Origin: Barthelona sp. PCE
Lineage: Eukaryota
Reading direction: 5' to 3'
Assembly (NCBI GenBank): GCA_040285745.1
Contig: JAUFOR010000003.1
Span: forward strand, 620,001-684,000
DNA length: 64,000 nt
Shown: in pieces, positions 57,114 through 64,000 of the stretch
Layout: the number at the start of each line of letters is the position of its first letter
How positions within the stretch are numbered: the stretch's first letter is position 1
The notes under the pieces: model-generated
Told to the model about the DNA's origin: nothing
Seen by the model: the letters and a program-made list of their open reading frames with translations, nothing else
Database searches by the model: none
Program-made: the position numbers and the translations under genes

Positions 57114-59216
57114 ATGAGCTTTGCTGACGGTACTTCAGCGCGCGCTGCACCATTGAACTCGGCTAAGCGATTGAATAGTCTGAGACAACGGCTACAACAG
57201 ATTAAATTAGAAGAATACGATTCAGAGTCTAGCAGTCTTGAATTGGCAGTGAAAATGGGGCATCTTGTCTCGAACCTTGAAGATAACATTGATGATTTAC
57301 TTAAGCAGCACAATGATACAAGCATAAATGAAGATTTAAAAAATCTCAAACCGCGCAATGTCAATATCATTGACAGTAATTCAGATTACCAAGCACCCAA
57401 CCTCAGCTCCAACCAGTCAGTGGGGAACATCAATGAGGAATCAAGCAGCTTTGATGTACCAAGCGTTTCAGTCAGTGAAATCCCCGCATCTTTTAAAGAT
57501 AGTGAGTCCTTTAAAAACAGCGCTTCTTCCGCACGTGGGTATAGTACCACTGCAGGTATTGGAGAGGTCATGTCACAATTAAATGAGCTAAAAGCGATGC
57601 TTGATGGAAAAAACACACTTTTAAACAATGCTCAAAGCATATCCACTGGAACACGTTCGCGATACCCGCGATTCGTGGAACAGCCTCTTCCATACCCCTT
57701 ACAGCGCATCCAAGAAAACACTCACCCTATTAAATTTGTGCCAGAGGCAATCCCAGCAAAGATTTTTGATCCTTATGCAAAAATACACGACGGGATTTCT
57801 GATCCTCACGCGTTTCAAGCGATGTCTGACCGTCTTGCTGAGGTTGAGGCGGTCCAAAACACTAATTTGCGAAAGATAGCTCTTTCTTACTTGACAGATA
57901 TGGAGAAACTGAGAGAAATGATGAAAAACCCTGATCCACAGAACAGTGAGGCAATGCGGAAGCTCTACGAGCGTGTCCAGCGACGAGAGAGGAGACGCTC
58001 GAAGGATAAACGTGAGAAAGAGTACGAGAAGAAGCTGAAACGATTCAATGTAGATGGTACGAAAAATTTCGTCAGTCTTGATGATTTAGATACTAGTAAT
58101 GACATTTCACTGAGAGAACATGCAAGGAGGCGCGATAAATCGATCCTAAAGCACGCTGAAATGAAGAAAAAAAAGTATTTGGAACGGCCTCTGCCTCACG
58201 ATTTTAGCCTGGACACATTATCAGACATTCCGCGACCACCATCCCCCATCCTATCGAGAGAGGAGAGCTGGAGCTTTGACGAAAATAGTGAGGAAGAATT
58301 AGACAAGAAGAAAAGTAAGAGGAAAAGTAAGAGGAAAAACAAAAAGATGAAGAAAATTAATACATTAGCTTCAGATTATGCCACAGACCACACAAAGACA
58401 ATATCTGAACGTAGAAAATCTATCAGAAGTGTTAAAGCCAAGAATGGGAAGAAAATGTCTTTTGATGGCGATGTGTCCAGAACAGTTACACAGCCAGGTG
58501 ACGCATTGAGGATGCCAAGCGTTTCTTATGACCATTCCAGTGAAATATATGAGTCAAAAGACAGTATGATGAGTTTCTTGGGAAAGAGACAGGAAAAACT
58601 GGAAAAGCTTGCTTATTACGCTACCATTCCTCCCAAACCCATCACACTTAGCAACAGCAGTGACACATTATTGCGTGATTTGGCAGAAACCTCTCCAGAA
58701 TTTAAGATCTTATCGCAATGGCTTCGCTCGATGAATATTGAGATATCCAGGGCCCTAAAACTATATAACTATGAGAGTCAGCAGAAATTGCCCGTTATAG
58801 AGGGACCAAAATCATCAATATCAAATTTCACACCATTCACTTCAAGTACTCTACTCGACCCATGTGTTGAATTCTTGTTATATGGTGATGATGTCCTCAA
58901 TTTCAACGAGTTCATTCACAATGGTTTCCCTACAAGGGCTCAAAATAAGCCCTTGTGTTTCGGGAAAAATGTACAAGATGTTGTTGATATGGAGACAGTT
59001 GCGATGCTTGATCCCTCTTTCTGGAGGATTATGGTGTGTTTGGCTCCCTTAGAGGGTATATCCATTGTTAGTGAACGCGAATTGTATTCTTCTGCGTCTC
59101 ATCAGAAACGTTTTGAAAATGGTGAAAATGGTGTGAAGTATGGGTCCAAATTTGTGTTATTCAACGGTAACGCTGTTGTTCCGGCCTATGTTGTTGAGTT
59201 CTTACCCATAAAATAA
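57114..59216 (+). CDS. Low-complexity/coiled-coil protein with C-terminal PARP-like (ART-fold) domain
   Basis: C-terminal EFLLYG, FIHNGF, RIMVCL and FVLFN..AVVPAYVVEF. The start is either 57051 or 57114. Confidence 0.6.
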   Translation: MSFADGTSARAAPLNSAKRLNSLRQRLQQIKLEEYDSESSSLELAVKMGHLVSNLEDNIDDLLKQHNDTSINEDLKNLKPRNVNIIDSNSDYQAPNLSSNQSVGNINEESSSFDVPSVSVSEIPASFKDSESFKNSASSARGYSTTAGIGEVMSQLNELKAMLDGKNTLLNNAQSISTGTRSRYPRFVEQPLPYPLQRIQENTHPIKFVPEAIPAKIFDPYAKIHDGISDPHAFQAMSDRLAEVEAVQNTNLRKIALSYLTDMEKLREMMKNPDPQNSEAMRKLYERVQRRERRRSKDKREKEYEKKLKRFNVDGTKNFVSLDDLDTSNDISLREHARRRDKSILKHAEMKKKKYLERPLPHDFSLDTLSDIPRPPSPILSREESWSFDENSEEELDKKKSKRKSKRKNKKMKKINTLASDYATDHTKTISERRKSIRSVKAKNGKKMSFDGDVSRTVTQPGDALRMPSVSYDHSSEIYESKDSMMSFLGKRQEKLEKLAYYATIPPKPITLSNSSDTLLRDLAETSPEFKILSQWLRSMNIEISRALKLYNYESQQKLPVIEGPKSSISNFTPFTSSTLLDPCVEFLLYGDDVLNFNEFIHNGFPTRAQNKPLCFGKNVQDVVDMETVAMLDPSFWRIMVCLAPLEGISIVSERELYSSASHQKRFENGENGVKYGSKFVLFNGNAVVPAYVVEFLPIK

Positions 59217-59398
59217 CAGTAAAAATCATTCATGTGAACCTGCTTTTTTTTTAAAAGATGTTCAACACCATATCCTAATATCTATATCCTCTCATCCACT
59301 TTAATGATAACCAAAACCCTAGTTTAAGGTACCAAATATTTACTATATTAAGAAATGTTTGTTTTTGAATAATTTTTCCTTCTCATTGAAATTTTGTA

Positions 59399-60394
59399 AT
59401 GAGCGGTGAAAAAAAGGTCATTGGTGTACACAACGGTTCAGTGCATGTTGACGAAGTGTGGGCCTGTGCTTTAATGAGGATTTTACCAGACTATCGTTAC
59501 TGTAAGATTTTTAGGAGTCGTAATCTTGCCGACTTGGAAAGATGTGATCTAGTTGTTGACGTTGGTGGCAAGTTTGATGGTGAAAAATACTTTGATCACC
59601 ACCAAAAAGGATTTAACGTTACATATGCAGATTGGAGCGATACAAAGTGTGCAGCAGTTGGTCTAATATTCAAAACATTCAAGAGAGACATTTGCAGGTG
59701 CGCATTACGTGCAACAAGTCTCTATTACGATTTTGAACAGATTGATGTTTTAGCTGATGCCTTCTATGAGCTTTTTATTAGGCACATCGACGCAGCTGAC
59801 AATGGTATCAGTAGCCACCAACCCCTATACAACGACGCCTCCAGCTTTAGGAATCGTATCGCACATCAGTTAGCATTCGAGCCTGTATCAAACCATTTAA
59901 CAGTATTCTATCATTTAGTTGAGACTGCGAAGATGGAGATCTATAATGCATTTCGGTTTATTGTTAATAATTATCTTCCAAGTATTAAAAGAGTCAAAGA
60001 AGCTTATGCTTCTCGTTTTGAACATCATGAAAGTGGAAAAATATTGATTGTTAGCTCGGACGGGATCAATGGGTTCATCGGTGATATGGCACTGCGGTAT
60101 ATAGAGAAAGATGTACCGGATGAAGAACGTGTTTTATACTTGATTAGTAGGAGCACGGCTACAAATGGTTATAAAATTTGTATCATTGCAATGAGCAAGG
60201 GTTTGTTCGACCTTGGACCTATGCGGCCTTTCCCTGAGTCGTGGAGAGGTATGCGAGAAACGAATTTGGTAAGAGCGTCTGGAATGAACACTTTGTTTTA
60301 TTGTCATCACAGTGGGTTCCTGTTGGTGCCCAAGTTCATTGGAGTTAATGTTTTTGAAAACTTTGTTGAAACTCTCGCTAGTAAAATTTTGTAA
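59399..60394 (+). CDS. MYG1: MYG1 (UPF0160) family exonuclease
   Basis: HNGSVHVDE, RSR, VVDVGG, FDHHQ, IDAADNG, PFPESWRG and CH.SGF. Confidence 0.9.
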   Translation: MSGEKKVIGVHNGSVHVDEVWACALMRILPDYRYCKIFRSRNLADLERCDLVVDVGGKFDGEKYFDHHQKGFNVTYADWSDTKCAAVGLIFKTFKRDICRCALRATSLYYDFEQIDVLADAFYELFIRHIDAADNGISSHQPLYNDASSFRNRIAHQLAFEPVSNHLTVFYHLVETAKMEIYNAFRFIVNNYLPSIKRVKEAYASRFEHHESGKILIVSSDGINGFIGDMALRYIEKDVPDEERVLYLISRSTATNGYKICIIAMSKGLFDLGPMRPFPESWRGMRETNLVRASGMNTLFYCHHSGFLLVPKFIGVNVFENFVETLASKIL

Positions 60395-60435
60395 TTCCTT
60401 TTTTATCTTTATTGGACTCGGGTTTTTTCTTTTAA

Positions 60436-62250
60436 ATGAACGTTTTGAGATTTACTGTGCGTTTGAGACCACATGAACTGGGCATTTTCTTTAATGAAGA
60501 TACTTCCTTTGTAGAAGGAATCGACTTTCTTCCAGATCACTTAAAACTGTGCTATCCTGCTGATATTCCTCGGAACTCGATAGAGGATATTCAGTTACAT
60601 GAATTCATTTCTTCAAAAGAGTGTTTGAGTCTGTACAATCCTAATGTTTTAAATAAGGAATTGTCCAGGTGTGGTAGTGTTGACACAATGCTTGTGTGCC
60701 ATGAAGTGCCTGCTTGTTTGTCAAATAAGGGATATCATGATGTTCTGCCAATATCTGAAAAAACCTTTGTGGTAGTTCGGAAGGTTGAGAACCAAGCTGA
60801 ATTCCACATTGTTACTCTCTCTTCGACTGAAACGGGGGATGTAAGGCTTGCTTTTTTCTATTCTTGTGATTTTTATGAGATGCGATACACAGTCAGTAAT
60901 AGCTTGCTATTCATTAACCAATCTGTGTTTCATTTCAGGCCTTTCGGGGATGAAACATGGGATTTCGGCCATTTAAACTTCCAAAACAAGTACGACGCTG
61001 TAATACCTGTTCGCAATTGCAAAACATCTTACTGTGGTTTCAAATATGAAACATGTAATGGTGGCAAGTACATGCTGTCTATGATGGAAATTGGTACGAT
61101 TTATGATGGAAAGATTTCTTTGCGGAATATCGTCGATGAATGTCCAATTCTACATAAAATAATCTTTGATGATCCTCCTTTAAACTTAAAATGTGTGAGT
61201 TTGAGTGATGCAGGCGAAGAAGGAAACTCCTTTTGGTTTATATACAAAAATTATGTTCTTCTTATTAAAAACAATGATGTTAGTTACATTTCTGCCAGAT
61301 TCCCCATGCCTTTAAGCTTTGTTGTTCTCAATGCACCTTTCTCAATGAGTATACCAATTGCTTCTCCTATCTGTGATGGGGATGTTGTGAGAATTCAGGA
61401 ATTGAAAATGATTGGATACAGAAAACAATGTTTACTTTGGTATAAATTGGGTTGGAAGGAAAAATTCCTTTCCAATTGTGTGAATGGGTGTTTTTGTGAC
61501 TTTACAGACAACGGAAATCAAATTATTTTTGATTTTTACAATAATCACATATACTTAATTGATGATCAAACATATTGCTTTGAAATGAGTGGTTCTAGAC
61601 CTGTTGTTCCCCATTATGACATAGAAGAGCGGTCTAAAACGCTATACATTCAGAGTATTGATGGAGTTTTGTTCTCTATACCCAATTTTCAGAGGCATGC
61701 ATTAAATAATGTAATTCCTGCATCTCAGAGTCCGTTATTAAGCTATTGTTGCAAGGCTGGGAAAGAAAAGGGGCACTTAATTGTGATGAAAGAAAGTACA
61801 GAGTTGCAACATCACGTTTTTGATTTCGACATTATTTCACCCATACTAAATGTTTTTTCCAAGCAACTGACATTCTATGACAGCAACAAGCTTTATATTT
61901 TGACTGAAGACGATGAAATTATTGAGCACATTGTGGAAAATTTTTCTTGTTTCGTTAACGGACATAGCTATATCCAAAAGTCTGGGGAAATAATGCAGTA
62001 TACACCGAATGGCATATGTACAGCCCATAACATTTCCTTATACCTTCCTGATTCAAATGTAGCAACTTCAATTAAACCAATTGCCAAAGACACTGTAGAA
62101 GTTGCGTTCATCAATAGCACAACGTTTGTGACGTGTATTCTAGATGTTTGTGACCATATGGTTGATGTTATTGATCGTGAAAGTGTGGATCTCAACACCT
62201 TTTTTAACGAAGCAGTGTTTTCTCACCTAGAGACACCCAATGAAATCTAA
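60436..62250 (+). CDS. Hypothetical beta-strand-rich protein (lineage-specific)
   Basis: 604-aa AT-rich ORF; no known motif. Confidence 0.65.
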   Translation: MNVLRFTVRLRPHELGIFFNEDTSFVEGIDFLPDHLKLCYPADIPRNSIEDIQLHEFISSKECLSLYNPNVLNKELSRCGSVDTMLVCHEVPACLSNKGYHDVLPISEKTFVVVRKVENQAEFHIVTLSSTETGDVRLAFFYSCDFYEMRYTVSNSLLFINQSVFHFRPFGDETWDFGHLNFQNKYDAVIPVRNCKTSYCGFKYETCNGGKYMLSMMEIGTIYDGKISLRNIVDECPILHKIIFDDPPLNLKCVSLSDAGEEGNSFWFIYKNYVLLIKNNDVSYISARFPMPLSFVVLNAPFSMSIPIASPICDGDVVRIQELKMIGYRKQCLLWYKLGWKEKFLSNCVNGCFCDFTDNGNQIIFDFYNNHIYLIDDQTYCFEMSGSRPVVPHYDIEERSKTLYIQSIDGVLFSIPNFQRHALNNVIPASQSPLLSYCCKAGKEKGHLIVMKESTELQHHVFDFDIISPILNVFSKQLTFYDSNKLYILTEDDEIIEHIVENFSCFVNGHSYIQKSGEIMQYTPNGICTAHNISLYLPDSNVATSIKPIAKDTVEVAFINSTTFVTCILDVCDHMVDVIDRESVDLNTFFNEAVFSHLETPNEI

Positions 62251-62273
62251 AAAAACAGCCCAAAACGTTTGAT

Positions 62274-62918
62274 TTATTGTTCTACGAACACCTTTGAGCG
62301 TACTGCAAGTCGTAATCTTTCAACCAAGGGTTCTGCTTTTCTTATTGTTCGCACAATGATATCTGTCTTTGTTAATTCGTGTACTGGGATCTTACCGTCC
62401 ACCCAATACTGTAAAACCAATAGATTAGCAGATGTAAAAGCAAGCGTGATTGCACATTTTTCCATCTGTCCTTCCCGTTCGAAATTCACCTTTTCTGTCG
62501 CACTAAAGACCAGATCCCGCATAGATACATTTGCATGGACCAGGGCAAGTGATACAACATTAAGAACTACAGAACGCAAATAATCATCGCCTTCCAATAC
62601 GATTACGTCGATTTCCAAGAACATAGAGTCATATTTGTCAGCAACAATGATACTTTCAAACGTGTGCTTCACGAAATAATGCAGCTGGGCAACATCTGTG
62701 TCTGTATTGGAGTATGTGGGTATTTGAATGTTTATCTTCAACATCTCTGGGTGAGACTGCTCCTTTGTGAAGCCTGTGCGTGGAAAAGGGCCCTTGATTG
62801 AACAAACAGCTTTGGAATTCTGCATTTCAAAGACTGCACTGCCTGCTACTCGTTGACAGACATCAAATTTGAACTTCACTGACTCTAATTGATCGGGTAC
62901 GCTATCAATAGCGTTCAT
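62274..62918 (-). CDS. Exosome core RNase PH-like subunit (Rrp41/Mtr3/Rrp46 group)
   Basis: GSAVFEM.NSKAVCSI.GP, IDVIVLE.D and N..SLAL..A.V.MRD. Confidence 0.85.
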   Translation of the reverse strand: MNAIDSVPDQLESVKFKFDVCQRVAGSAVFEMQNSKAVCSIKGPFPRTGFTKEQSHPEMLKINIQIPTYSNTDTDVAQLHYFVKHTFESIIVADKYDSMFLEIDVIVLEGDDYLRSVVLNVVSLALVHANVSMRDLVFSATEKVNFEREGQMEKCAITLAFTSANLLVLQYWVDGKIPVHELTKTDIIVRTIRKAEPLVERLRLAVRSKVFVEQ

Positions 62919-62972
62919 TTATGTGTGAATGTGGTGTAAAAAGATTTACCGCTTTTCTCGAGCATCATTGTG

Positions 62973-63758
62973 ATGGACAGTGCCAGTTTTTACCTGCCGC
63001 CATCTCTTTGGGACGAAATTGCATTCAAACTATCGGGATCTGAAAAAGAAGCTGCACGTTTTCTACTTGGACACAGTTTAATATCAAAATTGGAGGATAA
63101 ACATGAGTTCATAGAGAATATCATCAATATTCGTAACAGCTTCCGCGATAAAATAGAAGAACAGATCATCATCCCACGATTGTTGGAAAAAGCTTCAATA
63201 TTTGTGAGTAGACTGAAGCGCTGTGGATTGGGTAGCGAAAGTATGGGTACTAGCGACCATGGAGAACTTTGGAACCACGTAGAGCAGCGCAAAACGGAAG
63301 ATAAAAGACCAACCTCCGCAATTTCGAATAGTAGCACAATTTCAGATGAACGACCAATGAGTAGCGTATCAAACCGCAAGACATTAGGTTTTGAAGATCT
63401 CGATGATGAGCTAGTTGCAGAGATAAAGTCAAGTTTAGAAGCAGAACTGCATTGGCTCGATAAGGTTGGTGACGAACTACAACTTGAATTACTGCATTTG
63501 GCAGACGAAAACAGCGCTGCAACGCAGTCTCTGAACAAGAATTCCCTTGAAGAGTTTGTAGGGTTCCTTGAGAAAGAGTGGATGGCCAAGCGAAGCAGTG
63601 TATTGCACAGACCGGAAAGTACCGACCAAATCACGCCCAGGCGGCGATTCAAGAACAGGCATCAATCCTCTGACGAAATAACCGAAGCAGGAGCTTTTGT
63701 TATTGCACCTGTTCGTGCCTTTAGCACCGGTTCACTTCCACCAAGAAACCCAAAATAA
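62973..63758 (+). CDS. CCDC24-like coiled-coil protein
   Basis: N-terminal PSLW..I...L...E.E.A...LG..L and a later I...LE.E...L helix resemble CCDC24. Confidence 0.55.
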   Translation: MDSASFYLPPSLWDEIAFKLSGSEKEAARFLLGHSLISKLEDKHEFIENIINIRNSFRDKIEEQIIIPRLLEKASIFVSRLKRCGLGSESMGTSDHGELWNHVEQRKTEDKRPTSAISNSSTISDERPMSSVSNRKTLGFEDLDDELVAEIKSSLEAELHWLDKVGDELQLELLHLADENSAATQSLNKNSLEEFVGFLEKEWMAKRSSVLHRPESTDQITPRRRFKNRHQSSDEITEAGAFVIAPVRAFSTGSLPPRNPK

Positions 63759-63775
63759 TTTGTACATACATTTAC

Positions 63776-64000
63776 TTACTTTCTCTTCTTTGCACCCTTA
63801 TTCTTACCCTTTCCTTTTGTCTTTTTGTTACGGTCTCTGGTTTTGAAGTGCTCTTCATTTTCAGTCTCAAAGAGTGTAATATCTTCGTTAAATAGCTTGC
63901 TGTGCTCGTCTACAGTTCCTTCTATATCAGAAAGTGAAGAAATAAACTGCTTAATGAATTGTCCAGCGGAAACCTTCATTCCGATCACATCCACATCCAA
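63776..64000 (-). CDS. 3' end of a gene with a Lys-rich tail (starts beyond the window)
   Basis: The frame is open to the window edge and ends KKTKGKGKNKGAKKRK-stop, 17 bp from a convergent gene. Confidence 0.65.
   Translation of the reverse strand: MDVDVIGMKVSAGQFIKQFISSLSDIEGTVDEHSKLFNEDITLFETENEEHFKTRDRNKKTKGKGKNKGAKKRK

Noticed and set aside
62990..63652. 220-aa minus-strand ORF and similar Ser/Phe-rich antisense ORFs (e.g. 2002-2466, 2566-3090, 48735-49253)
   Set aside because: Reverse-complement shadows of Glu/Lys-rich genes.
1..64000. Alternative genetic code, tRNA genes, transposase genes
   Set aside because: Conserved proteins end at the expected positions with all three stops; no tRNA cloverleaf or transposase/RT motif was recognised.

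Overview
Gene-dense, AT-rich, almost intron-free eukaryotic DNA using the standard code (TAA, TAG and TGA all end genes). It holds about 35 protein-coding genes, and convergent pairs are usually only 9-33 bp apart or overlap. Recognisable products: a SMYD-type SET protein (partial), a GRAB-domain golgin, an alpha/beta hydrolase, Ubp6/USP14, a Rab32-like GTPase, PA200/Blm10, KATNAL2, a bacterial-type flavodoxin-ferredoxin (EFR1), RPL31, Kish, a PUL-less Doa1/PLAA, BUD20, an FG-GAP membrane protein, TEL2, CLN3, THADA, a large beta-helix/Cys-rich/multi-TM surface protein, SF3B1, syntaxin-16, glucosidase I, SFT2, PTRHD1, DRC7, MYG1, an exosome RNase PH subunit and a CCDC24-like protein. DRC7, the anaerobe-type redox protein and a GTATGT...GCTCACATTTAG intron suggest a flagellated anaerobic protist, probably a metamonad (inference). 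The two most notable non-coding items are (1) the only clear intron, 76 nt in RPL31, with a fused branch point/3' splice site and competing hairpins beside the branch point, and (2) an unusually long 472-bp convergent gap (41615-42086) holding a relatively GC-rich 117-bp unit in three tandem copies, a candidate ncRNA or micro-gene. Several conserved proteins lack hallmark motifs or domains. All family calls come from recognising motifs by eye; no searches were run.
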